From the NCBI GenBank assembly GCA_951406725.2, contig OX597814.1:221712001-221776000 (forward strand): a stretch of 64,000 bases of DNA. The letters run 5' to 3'. Both the position numbers and the translations under genes were made by a program. Below are positions 13,906 through 28,500 of this stretch, in pieces (the stretch's first letter is position 1; the number at the start of each line of letters is the position of its first letter). This DNA comes from Octopus vulgaris (taxonomy: Eukaryota). The notes under the pieces were generated by a model. That model saw only the letters and a list, made by a program, of their open reading frames with translations, was not told the DNA's origin and ran no database searches.

Positions 13906-15649
13906 TTGCTACATCCACGACCATACAATCACGGAAATAGAAGACCTGTATCTAGATGTTTGTCCTTTATTTTTCTTTCAAAATGTAGGATGTGATATGA
14001 GGAAGATTTGGCCTGCTATTTCTGTAAGTTCAAGTCACTTCGTTGAGGCTTCCTTTTCATCCCTTTATTATGATCCACGGACAAAGCGTGCCATCGGTGA
14101 GGGGAAACGAATTTTAAACGCGCCAGCTAAAATTCAACTTCTACCGACTAATACATTAGCAAATGGGAAAATAATTCCCCTAGGCATGTTCTCTTTCATC
14201 AATTTTCTGCCGTCATTCAAATGTATAGAGCATTTGAGGTCCCTTCAAATTGTTGTTGTTGCTGGTGTCAAGACACAGATCAGGCCTAAAGCGAGCCGAC
14301 CTATGAACAAAAGCGTTCTCGACATTGACATCCCCTGTCAATGTGAAACGGACGATTTAAGATTATATTATCTAATATAGTTTTATTGTATTAAGGCTGC
14401 TAGCCAGAACATGATGAATATTTGGCTGCTATTTCTACATGGAAGGGAGACTACATAAAGGTTCCCTTTATTCTCTTAGTGCAATATTTTTTTTTTATTA
14501 CCCAGTGGTTTAATATAAAATGTGTTACGCATATACAAAGCTGAATATCTATTGGAACGTTTCTCTAAAGTTCGAGATATATTGTCTGTACATGTAGTCT
14601 CGCAGCTTTAGCTGATATATTTTTTCCTTTATTATGTATTTTTTTCTTTTATGGTTGTGTCATTATTTCACGCAAACGTACTGGATGATAAAACTTTCGA
14701 TCATTTTGTGTATATTTTGATATATTTCTTAAATTAGCCAGAGTATCGATCAATTTTTACATCAAAACTAACGCCTTTTCCGAACGATCCCCTCCAGCAA
14801 TATGAAGCGAAATATAGCAATATTCCTCTTAAATTCTATTCTGAGTTGATTCTTTATTCTTCACTTATCTCTGTTGTATCGTAATGAGAAGCGGAGTACA
14901 TACATAATGTCAGTGGATTTGGCCTGTTGTAGATTTTATTGTAATTTATGTTTCCAGTATATTTCGGAATGGTGCTACAATTGTTGTTTTCCCATTTGGT
15001 TGTGCTTAGTGTTACATGGTTTCTGCTGGTCAAGACAACCTTGTCTTTTATTTCTCGTTTTCTCATAATTGTGCATCTCATTGCTGCTTTGTGTAGAAAT
15101 ATATCTGACTAGTGTGTTGTATGTCGGTTTCATTGCTCTATCTATATAACAGTCCGAAAGTATATCTGTAGCCTGTCAGTAATACATCTCGTCACAGATG
15201 ATTTCCAGGTTTTGTAGTTTCGGTAAGAACAGCAACTAAGGATGTGTTTCTGTTTTTAATTCCTATATTCTGTTAAATGGTTTCCGTAATTGGATTACGA
15301 CCATTCTGGAGGCTCCACCTTTAATGGATATTATTTGTTTATGCTTTCCAGGGAACTTTATTAGTTACTAATTTCATTAATCTCTGGAGGAAGAAAGGCA
15401 AAGATGTGCTGGGCGTAAATAAATAAACACTACTAAGTATTTTGCTCGATGTTCCTCTGCCTTCGCCATCTACTACCAGAATACACACACACACAAACAC
15501 ATACACTATTTCACTCACGTACACACACACAAAAGCACACATACACACATATACACTAACATATACACGTTTAGGTTTGAAGTTGTACACGTAAAAGAAG
15601 CTGCTTGATATATGTAATAGAATATATTTTCAGAGTGTAAAGCTGGTTA

Positions 15650-16620
15650 CTTGTCCTTAGCCTCTCGACGTTTCGCATAATACGCTTATTTAGGCTAATG
15701 AATGGTGGAATGCGAGATAGAAGCTCAAAAGCCTGGAAGGGAATATAAATGCTACGGGTTTTTGGTCCACGTTGAGTATGATTGTGGGCTTCAGTGTCTT
15801 CTGATTGTAATTTTGTAAACGGAGCTAACCTAATTCATACAGCACCATACATTTTACGAATCTTTGGTAAGCAATGGGAGTTTAGTTTTGTGCATTTGTA
15901 TTTACAACCGAACAAACTCTTTACAAGTGAGACAATAATTTGAAAAAATTTCAAAAGCAGTTTTAGAATGTAAAATTTCCGTAAGAGTAACATCTTCGAA
16001 CAATCTTTAATCTGGGCAATGACTGAAAGTATTTCAGCAAGAATATTTCTTTACGCTTGCATTTGCTTTTAATTTCATACATTTTGTTCAGAAATTGCAG
16101 TTAATAAACACATTGCACATTATTTTGCTTAGAATGAGGTTTAAACCGGAGAAGGAAAATGCTACATGATATGAAGAGCTTTACTTCCTGCTTTCTTAAG
16201 CCTCTGATATATAGAGCCTCTGTGATGTCAAACTATAATGGGTTTACTGAGAACATATTAAAATGTGATTTAACTAGCTTGCCGGATTCGCAGATTAAAA
16301 ATAGATTTAACCAGAAGGTAAATTTCGTTAAACCTGCAACTAAAATTAATACAAGTTCCTGTCATAATAAGGAGGGAAAATGTAGCGGGGAACGGTGAGA
16401 GTTAGTCTACTGCCGAAGCTCTCAGAAAATAGTTCTGTCTATGCTGGCAAAGAGATGTTTTTCTGGGTTTATATAAGATGTCTGTTACTATTTAAGGTTG
16501 AGGTAGTCAGATACGTAAAATAGGGTATTAGAAGTAAACTTACATAATGATTGATGAAGCGGATATGTGATATACAGAAAGCAATTAGTGTTATGTGAAG
16601 GTTTTTTCATTTTACTAAAA
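15650..16620 (-). mobile_element. Old Penelope-like remnant
   Basis: Minus-strand fragments VTDILYKP and KLPLLTKDS match ETDIHYKP and NIPQLNQDP of the Penelope ORF at 36617-37633. A decayed GCGAAACGTC HHR-like end lies near 15665. Confidence 0.45.
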
Positions 16621-18052
16621 AGGCTTCAATCAACACAACTTTCGACCTTAATATGATGCATCGCCCACATGAACACCGATTCGAGTTTTCTTCTCACCAC
16701 CTGATTCACATGTACGACTTACTGAACTAAAAACAATATGAGAAACTTCCTTTATCAAACAGGAAAAACGATCTCTGCTATCGATTCTTCCGCGTGCATT
16801 CACTTCAAGCATATATTTCCCTCCTTTCCTTTGATAAGCTCCCACCTATTCCCTACAAAATTACTTCTTTCTGCCAACAATTTCACTTACACCACTTCTA
16901 ACCTCTCATATATGTAAATATATGTGTGTGTGTATGTTTGTTTGTGTGTGTGCGAGAGTGTGTATGTTTTGGCGTATATACATACATATGTTTTATATAT
17001 ATATATCACTGCTCACAGATAACGAACTCTCCGCACAATTACAGGCATACATACTTGCATATATGTACACATACACAAACACGCACATATATGAGGTTTC
17101 AAGATATACCACATTTCGTCTCCGTCTCATAGGCGGAAACTTCGAAGTCACTTTCAATCAATATCTCTTAAATATTTCTTTTAAATATTAATGTTTGTGT
17201 GTGCGCATGTATGTATGTATGTATGTATTTCTGTATGCATGTTTATATATATATATATGCACACAGAAACATACATGAAGAGTGTATCTCTCATCAACCT
17301 AAGGAAATAATTCCTTTTATACTAGAGTATTATTAATAATTTCGTCGTGTAAAGTATAAATTAACATCAAAAGATATTGAAGACTAATTCTCAGATCTCG
17401 TGAGTATAACCAATTCCAATAATTTGATCAAATATGATAATACAAATTTATGTTATTTTCTTGGGAGCGTATATATTGCTCGCTTAAATGTTAATGGTGA
17501 TTAATTGACCAATCATGAAAAGGAATTGGTATTGTGAAAAGAAAATGAATTTAGGAATAACATTTTCAAACAACCCGTATATGGAAATCACATTAATATG
17601 ACACCTGCTCAACTACCATGTTGCGCAAGACTGACCATGAGCAAATAAGGTAGACTAATTGTCTTGAACTTTTAAGTGGTTAAAAGAAAATATATCGATT
17701 TGTAACATATGGATAAAGCCACACATTTTAGGAGAACGTAGTTGATTTTATCGAATTGGCTGCTACTTAATATATCGACAACAGGAAATGAAATGCAAAG
17801 TCCATCCAAATGTAAAGAGATATAAATGTATTCCGCAAGGCAGTTCTCCAATTTGTCTACCGATTCGACTAGTTTTCCATGGTAAAAATAATATGAGGAC
17901 TTTTAATTTGAACAGAAAATCACACAACCTGAAAAAGACCATATAGTTCATTCATTGAGGCCAGTGATTCATTTCATCTACAGTGGAAGGCTTAAGTTTA
18001 AAAAAGAACCGTGAGAAATTTGATCTTAGAACATAAAGCGATATGAATATAT

Positions 18053-18468
18053 CTTATTTCTTTATTGCCCACAAGGGGCTAAACATAGAGGGGACAAACA
18101 AGGACAGACAAGCGGATTAAGTCGATTACATCGACCCCAGTACGTAACTGGTACTTATTTAATCGACCCCGAAAGGATGAAAGGCAAAGTCGACCCCGGC
18201 GGAATTTGAACTCAGAACGTAACGGCAGACGAAATACCTATTTCTTTACTACCCACAAGGGGCTAAACACAGAGATGACAAACATGGACAGACAAACGGA
18301 TTAAGTCGATTATATCGACTCCAGTGCGTAACTGGTACTTATTTAATCGACCCCGAAATGATGAAAGGCAAAGTCGACCTCGGCGGAATTTGAACTCAGA
18401 ACGTAGCGGCAGACGAAATGCCGGTAAGCATTTCACCCGACGTGGTAAAGTTTCTGCCAGCTCGCCTC
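18053..18468 (-). mobile_element. Meta-like SINE with a tandemly duplicated ~185-bp body
   Basis: Two consecutive copies (about 18053-18240 and 18241-18420); the tRNA-like head lies at 18420-18468. Confidence 0.85.
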
Positions 18469-20091
18469 CACAGGAGTGAACAAGACAACCGCTCGGAAGA
18501 AAATAACAGCAATAGCAATTTACCACAATACCACAATACTAAACCATAATTATTTTCTTACAGTTTAGCAGTATTATCAATGTACGTTTCATTATAAAGG
18601 CAGAAGTTATTGTTATTTATGTTTCGCAATAAAATTCAATAAACTGATCTTAAGAACTATATTAGGTAAAGTTTTGCAACAGGAAATGCGAAACAGCTAG
18701 TAATCCGTGAAATATATATTGTTCTATTTTTTAAAAACTACGGAACACACAGAGAGCGCAAGCTAATATGAGAATAGATTTAGCTGCCATACTAGATTTA
18801 ATGACGCCCCTGACCTTACCAGTGATAGGGGCTAATGTCAAAAAAGGGTGACTAGTTTTGAATACACAACATCACTTACACTGTGGACTACTCCTTAAAG
18901 AAATAAAAGATAGAACCGAATGCAAAGAGAAGGTTGAGGAAATAAATGGTAAAGAAAAGAAGATATGTGATACTGTTTCGTCTTTAGTTTCTATGCATGT
19001 GTGTATATGCCTCTGTATGTGTGCAAAAGAAAGAGAAAGATGAGAGAAAGATGAGAGAAAGATAGAGAGAAATAAAGTGGGAGAAATAGAGACAGAAGGA
19101 TGGTGGAAATGCGTGACGCTGACTGCGCTCATTCACAATATTCAATCTATGTTGCTTTAACAGCCAGTACTCAACAAGATATTTAATAACATTTGTTTAA
19201 TAAAAACTTCGGTCATTCTATGTTGATTTATTGAATAACAACCACTTATCTGAAACCCAGCGAGCTATATATTGTTTTCTTCAATATTTTATCAATCTGA
19301 ATCACATAAATTTAAAATTATTGTAAAACTTTATAACAAAATAAATTTAACATTCGTAGCAATCTCAACGTTACTAATATTGTTTGTACTGAAAAATAAA
19401 TTTAAATTGTAACCAGTAAAGCAATGATTTAAGCATAGTCTTAATGCTAAATCAGTTTTCTTCTATGAACCTGAAAATACCTTAGTATAGAAAACAATGA
19501 CCTCATAAATATCAACTCCATATATTTAAACAAGTCATAAGAATATTTCTTAACGTAGAACTTCTGTAGATGCAGGAGGCGAGGGAAAACACTTCATCTA
19601 ATCGAAATAATATCTGGCACTGTTTATCATGTTGTTTTGCTATTTTCATATAAACGTGGTAATGACGCATTTACAGGACTAACTGAAGTTGGATTTTGAC
19701 ACAATTATTGTCCATGTGTTACATAACCGAATACGCAAACACAACCAAATTCACAATTGTAATTCAAGATATCACATAACATATTCACCAGTCAGATAGA
19801 CTTGGATTTGGTACAGACTCATGACCCACAGCCATCGTGACCAGCTTCAAACAACCAAACGGTATCTAACTTGGTGAACAACTGAGGCTTAATCCTTCAC
19901 TATTAAGTAGGACATTTTTTTTAATCCAGTTAAGGTGGACAAAAATACAGCATTCCATCTCATTTGAAAGTAATGAAATTAGTGAAACCGGTTGAGCAAA
20001 TGTTCATTAAACCCGTCAAAAGTGTACTTCCAACCATTCTTTTCTTCATCCCACTGAACACACACACACTCACACATATAAATATCGTCGT

Positions 20092-20415
20092 CGTGGCACT
20101 CCGTCGATTACAACGACGAGGGTTCCAGTTGATCCGATCAACGGAGCAGTCTGCTCGTGAAATTAACGTGCAAGTGGCTGAGCACGTCACAGACACGTGT
20201 ACCCTTAACGTAGTTGTCGGGGAGGTTCAGCGCAACACAGAGCATGACAAGGGTAGCCCTTTGAAGTACAGGAACAGCAGGAAGAGTAAGAAAGAGTGGG
20301 GGAAAGTTGTTGTGAAAGAGAACAGCAGGCTTCACCACCACCCCCTACCGGAGCAAAAAGGTCTTTTCGCTCAATAAACACTCACAACGCCCGATCTGGG
20401 AATCGAAACCGCGAT
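20092..20415 (-). mobile_element. tRNA-derived SINE, same family as 44008
   Basis: Reverse complement includes cgcggtttcgattcccagatcgggcgttgtgagtgtttattgagcgaaaa, shared with 44058-44106. Confidence 0.75.
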
Positions 20416-20417
20416 AC

Positions 20418-20479
<62 letters not shown>

Positions 20480-20523
20480 TATATATATATATATAGATAT
20501 ATATATATATATATATATATATA

Positions 20524-20693
20524 TTCTACAGGACTAGAACTGTTTCATTCAAAGAAATCATCAGGAGCTTCCTGATGATTTCTTTTGAATGAAACAGTTC
20601 TAGTCCTGTAGAAGCTCCTATAAAATAAATTAATTTACTCTGCTATGTATTGGGTACCTTATTTACTGTGGTTAACCCCGACTTAACCCGGGA

Positions 20694-20695
<2 letters not shown>
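20524..20695 (+). mobile_element. (TA)n-embedded fold-back mini-element carrying a hammerhead
   Basis: Inverted arms 20524-20566 and 20570-20613, with (TA)n on both flanks. Confidence 0.75.
20563..20619 (+). ncRNA. Type I hammerhead ribozyme
   Basis: Stem I aggagcttc/gaagctcct (9 bp), CTGATGA at 20572-20578, stem II ttc-tttt-gaa, GAAA, stem III cag/ctg, and GTA cleavage triplet ending at 20610. Confidence 0.85.
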
Positions 20696-20754
<59 letters not shown>

Positions 20755-20874
20755 TTGCACAATAAATATTTAAACGTATATATATATATATATACATATA
20801 TAAACATATATATTCAAATATATTCAAATATATACAAATATATATATATGTATGTATGTATATATATTACATAT

Positions 20875-20947
<73 letters not shown>

Positions 20948-20948
<1 letters not shown>

Positions 20949-21330
20949 TTTTTACTTGTTTTAGTGATTTGACTTCGGCCATGCTGGAGCACCGCCTTTA
21001 GTTGAGCAAATCGACCCCAGGACTTATTCTTTGTAAGCCTAGTACTTATTCTATTGGGGTCTTTTGCCAAACCGCCAAGTTACGGGGATGTAGACACACC
21101 AGCATCGGTTGTCAAGCGATGTTGGGGGGACAAACACAGACACACAAACACACACACACGCATATATACATATATACGACGGGCTTCTTTCAGTTTCCGC
21201 CTACCAAATCCACTCTCAAGGCTTTGGTCGGCCCGAGACTATACTAGAAGAACGTGCCGAAGGTGCCACGCAGTGGGACCGAACGCGGAACCATGTGGTT
21301 GGTAAGCAAGTTACCACACAGCCACGCCTA
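20948..21330 (-). mobile_element. tRNA-derived SINE with internal (CA)/(TA) microsatellite
   Basis: Head is the reverse complement gtggctgtgtggtaa...cacatggttccgcgttcggtcccactgcgtggcacc. Tail is ggcggtgctccagcatggccg. Related copies lie at 21696, 46600, 51955, 54735 and 63570. Confidence 0.8.
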
Positions 21331-21332
21331 CA

Positions 21333-21375
<43 letters not shown>

Positions 21376-21695
21376 GAAGATTGTGTGCAGATATATATTG
21401 TAAGTTAAAATTGAGGGAGAGTTTAAGTTTCGCCTGATGGCTTATTCATCCCGTTTGATCAGATGAGCCATTTGCTGAATGTGTTCTATCTCCTCATCAC
21501 TTAGTGGGCTGTTGTCATTCTTGAACTTGCTGTAAGTTATTAGTGTTAGTTTATCATTTATACGGGGGGCGATTTGCTCGACTAAAGGCGGTGCTCCAGC
21601 ATGGCCGCAGTCAAATGAATGAAACAAGTAAAAGAAAAGAGTAAAGAGTATATATATGCAAATATATATACGTTGTGCGTGTGTGTTTCATTTGT

Positions 21696-21944
21696 CGAAC
21701 CGCTAAGTTATGGGGACGTAAACACACCAACACCGGTTATCAAGCGGAGCGCAGGGCAAACACACACGCACGCATAGATATATATACTTAGATACGACGG
21801 GCTTCTTTCAGTTTCCGCGTACCAAATCCACCTACAAGGCTTTCGTCGGCTCGAAGCTATAGCAGAAGGCACTTGCCCAAGATGCCAAACAGTGGGACTG
21901 AATCCATAACCATGTGATTGGGAAGCAAGCTTTTTAACCTCACA

Positions 21945-21948
<4 letters not shown>
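21696..21948 (-). mobile_element. SINE, same family as 20948
   Basis: Contains tacgacgggcttctttcagtttcc...gcacttgcccaag...accatgtgattgggaagcaagc. Confidence 0.8.
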
Positions 21949-21987
<39 letters not shown>

Positions 21988-22639
21988 ATGTATACAAACA
22001 CACACATACGTGTGCATATATAAATGTGTGTGTGTGTGTTTGAGAGATAGAGAGAGTTTATGTGTGCGTAACTAAGAGGGACCTTTCCTTTCAAATGTGT
22101 CTTAAAAGCAAAACTGTGTTCAAGTCACGTTTAATCTTTTTCTATTAAGGATTTTTCGTACTACCTCATTAGCTTTCCGGGCTTAGCTAAGGACAATAAC
22201 GTTTCTAAGTTAATTAACATTTCAAGACCTTCCTTGTTTCATCATTTGCATAAAATTACAATATTTTGTCGAGTTGGTTGCGCACTTTGCAGTAGGTGAC
22301 AAAGACTGTTGGGAATAGTGTTATGAATGATAAATTCTTCAATGCAAGATTTTATATATATCATCGATTATTTCCTTAGAGGTTATTTACAGTTTATTTC
22401 AAGGGTTTGGTAACCGTGTGTAACTGTGTGTAGGTTCTATGACAACATTGTCCCATATAGAATTTGCGGGAAACTAGATAAACTATGGAAGCGTCTTCAC
22501 AGCATAATACCAGGTAGAAGTAATTGTTCCAATCTGAACGTTGCCTAATATGGAAATATGTAAAACATAAGCCAGTGCCTTAGCATGGCCGCAGTCTAAC
22601 GACTGAAACAAGTAAAAGATATATAGATATATAAATATG

Positions 22640-22805
22640 TTTTATTGCCCACAAGGGACTAAACATAGAGGGGACAAACAAAGACAAAGAGATTAAGTCG
22701 ATTACATCGATCCCAGTGCGTAACTGGTACTTTATTTATCGACCATGAAAGGATGAAAGGCAAGTCGACCTCGGCGGAATTTGAACTAAGAACGTAACGG
22801 CAGAC

Positions 22806-22810
<5 letters not shown>
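22640..22810 (-). mobile_element. Meta-like SINE fragment
   Basis: Near-identical to the 18061-18235 unit. Confidence 0.85.
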
Positions 22811-22849
<39 letters not shown>

Positions 22850-23120
22850 ACGGTCACAAGTAACCTAGTAAGTTTCCTTCCGAGACAAATGTCTGCACAA
22901 AGTTGTTACATGGAAGACCAGTCTCTCCACTCAACGCTACCAATGTTGTCCAAGCGAAAGACCGATACAGGTTGGCACCAATGACATTGCATCTCATTTC
23001 CTACAGCTTAGCGAAATGGAGCTACGAGGAATAAACTGTATTCACAGGAACACAACACGTAGCCCGGTCATGGAATCGAACTCACAGCGTCACGATTATA
23101 AGCCATGGAGCCATGCACCT
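22850..23120 (-). mobile_element. tRNA-derived SINE, family related to 31415 and 46110
   Basis: Reverse complement includes gtgagttcgattccatgaccgggctacgtgttgtgttcc, a B-box-like head. Confidence 0.6.
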
Positions 23121-23183
23121 TAATATTACTATACACACACACACACACACATACACATATATATACATGCACTCACACACGTG

Positions 23184-23222
<39 letters not shown>

Positions 23223-23434
23223 ATTCGTTATTAACGACAGAATTAGGATTAGTCCAAAATAGCAATCTGTATAGCATACTCACACCAGATAAACAGTTCA
23301 AAGCTTATATAGGCTATGGTGTTCTTCTCCAGAATGCTTCACTAATAGATGTTTAGCATTTAAAAAAATGATAAATATATCACTAACAAATGAAGAAACG
23401 TCCTGTAATGGTGGTGTTGCTCCTGAATACTTCT

Positions 23435-23506
<72 letters not shown>

Positions 23507-23689
23507 GGTGTGTTTTCGAGGTTGTATTTACGTTCCTACTCTTTCTGAGTGCATGTTTACACCGTATATTGATCAGTCACCGGCTAACTCGCAATGCTTT
23601 AAATAAAATATACTAACAAAGAAATTACGAATCTGTTTTGTTTCTTTTTGTCAACCCATGTGTAGTCAGTCACCCTTTAAATCTCCTGG

Positions 23690-24200
23690 ATTTCTTTCAG
23701 ATTTTTGCTACCCCAGATGTAGTGATTAACTTCAGCGTAGGAATTATGGAACTACAATATTTGTCCAAAAGTTCCAGTGTGATGCACAGTCGGATTAGTG
23801 TATTACCTGTCGCTCCAATGAAAATGAGTAGAAACTTGAAAGGAAACTTTGGGCTCTGGATTTGTAAACTTACCATCAATGACATTCATAGTCTTGTATG
23901 ACTTTCTTTTTTATCATCCAACATAGACATTTGATGTGCTGTGATTTCATTATAGTTTGTTTTATTTTGTACTTCTAAGCAGATATCAGAATGACTGTAA
24001 TTTAATTTCGTTGCTGCTTTTATTTTTAGATTCCACAAATATTATTTTGATCGGTTTTATCTTTTTTTTTTCCAAAGCATTTTCCAAAAGCCTCTGGCTA
24101 CAGCATCATGTCTCCTTGAAAAAATTTATCATTCTTTTTATAGTCTCTGTTTTCTATTTCACATACCATGTTCTCAATACTCTATTTTGCTTTTCTCTTT
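23690..24200 (-). mobile_element. Decayed R4/Dong-like RLE domain fragment
   Basis: Minus strand gives RHDAVARGFW and PKFPFKFLLIFIGATG...TSGVAKI, matching the RHD, FIPVIIxALG and GTxKI motifs of the other Dong copies. Confidence 0.55.
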
Positions 24201-24597
24201 CCTTATTGTATGATGTATAATTTTGTTTATACCATTCTGTTTGAGAGGAGGGAATGATTTTTTTAATTTCTTATGTCCATTACATTAATTATCCTAATGT
24301 TGTTTTCCTTTCAATGTTTGGAATCATGAACTAGTTATTTTCCCTATGTTGGTGATGTTGCTTTAGTGTCAAGTCATTATACTACATTAAATTACGTTCC
24401 TTCAGTCGCTAAGGATTAGGCTGCTTTACTTGCAAAATTGAAACGTCATCGTATATTCGCATCTATCTTGCAAATGAACTTGCAAGATTTTTCAACTATT
24501 CATATTCTGGCAGTAATCAATTTGAAGGACAAATATTGTGTGAGTGTTCATTTTCTCATGGCAAACATACATACATGATACATACATACATACATAG

Positions 24598-25200
24598 AAA
24601 ACCTCAATAAACTGTAAGCACAACAGGCCTGATATAATGATTTGGAATAGAGACGAGAAACTGTGTCGTGGAAATTAGCTGTCCATCGGATGTTAACATA
24701 AAGCTGAAGGTCAGTAGGAAAGAGAATACCTACGATGAGCTATTGAGAAATTTGCAGTTACTCTATCTAGATTACATGTTCCGGTTTATACCTGTAATTA
24801 TTGTTGCCCTGGGATATGTTACACACTAAGTACCAATCTTGAGAAACTAGGCTTCTCAAAGCGAGAATGAAGAAACCTGACTTGAAGTTTACAGACCAAT
24901 CCATCACTGGAACTGTAAAAATCTGTAAAACTTTCCAGAAGTTTAACATTTAAAAATATATGTGCACGTCTAGATATGCAACTATATGCATGAGTATATA
25001 TACATAAAACAAAACATACAAATCTGCACATATACATACATACATACATACATGCATACATGCATGCATACATACATACACACATTGAAAAATACCCTGT
25101 TGTTGATACTGAAATTCCAATGAAGGAGCCTTGGATCTAGGTTAGAAACGGGCTATTTCTGCATTGGTAAGAAATTTTGAAACAAGACTGGATAATGACA
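24598..25200 (+). mobile_element. 3' end of an R4/Dong-like element (RLE domain + 3'UTR) in a (CATA)n/(CA)n tract
   Basis: Translates as KHNRPDIMIWNRDEK..VEISCPSDVN..KENTYDEL..FRFIPVIIVALG..TGTVKICKTFQKFNI*, with frameshifts. Confidence 0.8.
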
Positions 25201-25218
25201 TTCATACACACACACACA

Positions 25219-25525
<307 letters not shown>

Positions 25526-28500
25526 CACACATTCATACAGACAGACAGACATACGTACGTACGTATGTATATACATATATACGTACATACGAATGTATAT
25601 ATGTATTATGTATGTGTATGTATGTATGTATGTCTGTCTGTATGTATGGATGCATGTATGTATGTATCTATGTAAGTATGTAAAACGTAATTTTGTGTGT
25701 GAAATGGATGTTCAGAAATCATTAATTCATATACGTTTCGTCTACAGTTTGAAATGTAAAGTATAAGTTTTTGATAAGTATACTTTTAGCTTCACTGTGC
25801 ATAACAGGCAGAGCAGAAAAAAGGAATCAACCTGATTTACTCCTAGTGTTGACTAGCCTTAATCATCATCAATAAAACATATGCCCATAGTCTATTTACT
25901 GAGAGATTATTGGCTTTTACCCATTGATTGATTATACCAAGTCCAATAATGCTAAACTTGTATTCTTCCTTGGCTGGCATTCTGCATGCTGTCATTGTTG
26001 ATTGGCTAATTAATTATTCAAATCCCCAATAATTAAATGACAAAAGAATGATTAACAAGACTAAAAAGAACTGGGATCGATCTCTTTTTCTGCGCACAAA
26101 ATCTTCGATGTCGCTACTCACCTGCGCGGCGGGCTATTCATACTTTTTCCTCTCTATTTATTGCAGTCTTCTGTGTTAAGACATTGTTACACAGGCATAT
26201 CAACATATCATATGTATTTACATATAGTATAGAAAATAGTATAAGTAATCTTTAAGAACATGTATTGACAAAGAAATTTGGAAGAGATGAGTTATTAATA
26301 GGGTGAATTAAAATGTCAGTTTCGAACAACTCATATATAGGACAAGATTGACATTTATGAAAGTAGTATTGTTTTATACATAACTGGAAGTTGCTTTTGT
26401 CTAAAAGCCATCAAAAGAATATTTTGCTTTGATGATGTTTAATACTGATTATAGCTTGGTTAGATAAATATAAATGTGTTATATATATAAGAGTACGTCT
26501 TACAGGCATGCTTACGTATTCATAATTTCAAATGTTATGTATGTTTCTTTTAATAACGTTAAGAGTTTGCTTCCTTGTAAAACGAACACAGGTTTTATAT
26601 CTCTGTGGGCAAAAAGTGGAAGTTAATGCTCTCTGATATCTAAGTCGTTAGAACATCGTGAGAGAAATGGCCCATCCCTCCATAGAAAAATTAATAGCTT
26701 ATTGTTATTTACAATAAACATGAACTGGGACAGATAAACTGGCCTTCCCAATTTGTATAATATTGCATGTGGACACAATTAATTGATCTATAATTTAGAG
26801 GCTGATATAAAGCAGAAGGAATATCATTTAACTAAACATCAAATTTTAGGTTCACTCTAAAAAGTAAATGAAATGTTTCAACGATAGTTTTAACATTACG
26901 TACGTAGTAATGTATTCAACGCCGTCCAGTGAATAGAAAAATACACGAGTCTCAGGTCTTTGTAATTTTGTTAAACATTAATCGGGGTAAGAGTAGTATT
27001 GTAAGTCGTCTTTGAATACTGCACTATTAATTAACTGGCTGATTCGTGTACAATGTCATGCCAATTACTGTAGGTACAATGTGATGCCAATCAGGAATAC
27101 CAGTAAAAACTGGTCCGATTTTATACATCAAATCATTTGCTGCAAAGCAACCGTCTCACTGCAAACCGACAACGGGTATTTTTCAATGATAAAGTCTATC
27201 AACGCTGGGAGCAGGTCAGAGTTATTCTTTCTTCAGTATTCTATATTCGGCATATCAAACCATATTTCATATCTTTATCAAAGACGTTTACCTTATATAT
27301 CAAATTATCCACAAAATACGGTGGGGTACACTATCAATTAATTATCGTGGTTCGGATGGTCGGGGCCTAGGAACAACTTGGTGAATAGGGACAAAGAAAT
27401 GGAATTTTTAATGCTAATATCAGCATAGAAAAATCTGTGGTCTACTGACAGATAAGATTTTGCTGAATAATAAAAATTGGTAAGAAACTTTAGGGGTCAA
27501 ATTTGAAAGGATTTGGAAACTTCTTGCAGTTAGGGCAAGCGAGGCAAAATATTTATTGCTGGCCAGACACATTTGGTATTTCATACCAATTCTATATCAT
27601 ACAGGGACAACAAATCAGTCTGTAGACCAGAGCTCTTGCAATGCTGACACCGGAAATTTTAAATTTATTTTGCTCTCCCTATTCACCTTGAATTACTGTA
27701 ATGACTTCTGGCTGTATTCATTTCATACAGAAAAATACGCTAGACATACATATAAACATACATATATATATGTGGTGTATGTGTATGTATATATATGCAT
27801 GCATATATGGAACTACGCTTACATACACATATATGTGGCTGTGTGTGTATTTGTGCGTAACAGGATTTACCTTCACTTGCGACGTCACGTTCAGAAAAGA
27901 TGTTGCCTTAAATATAATGTTTTTTACGTAGCTGTTGACGTTTAACTCTTCGGCGATTCAAATTTGAGCATATAAATGTCTGCGCTCGCCCAACAACTCT
28001 ATTGTTCTTCATATAGCAGCCTAACTGACAAACAGTGATCAGTCTGCAGCGTGACAATCTGAACATATAGCCTCCATACTGTCTCCACTTAAGTACATCT
28101 GTTATTGTTTGTTGATTTTGATTAGCACAACTCGACACTGGAGAAATAGACCTGTCACCAAAATTGTTTGATCAAGGACCACCGGTTTTCTTTTTTTTTT
28201 TTTTCAAGTTTCATCTAGGGATTTATTAGCCAAACAGTATAACCCTCTTTTTAAAAGAAAGATTATTTGAAAAAAAACAAAAAGCAGCCTCATAGACGCT
28301 AGTGTTGTTTAATCCCATATAATCACAGCAATCTATGATCACACGCATTCCATGACCATTTCAGTTTTTGTTTTTTTAAATTCTAATTTAGGATCATTCT
28401 ATTTAACATGTGTTTTCTATTTTCAAAATTGTACGATAATATCTAAGAATTTAGCGGCTAGTTTCCGCAACCACAGAGACTACGTATAGTCTACATCATT

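Noticed and set aside
14850-15300. Faint LINE-like wording (also ~2000-2450, 25860-26500 and 30050-30600)
   Set aside because: Too decayed to assign by eye.
19964-20377. 137-aa ORF
   Set aside because: It runs antisense through a SINE and has no recognisable domain.
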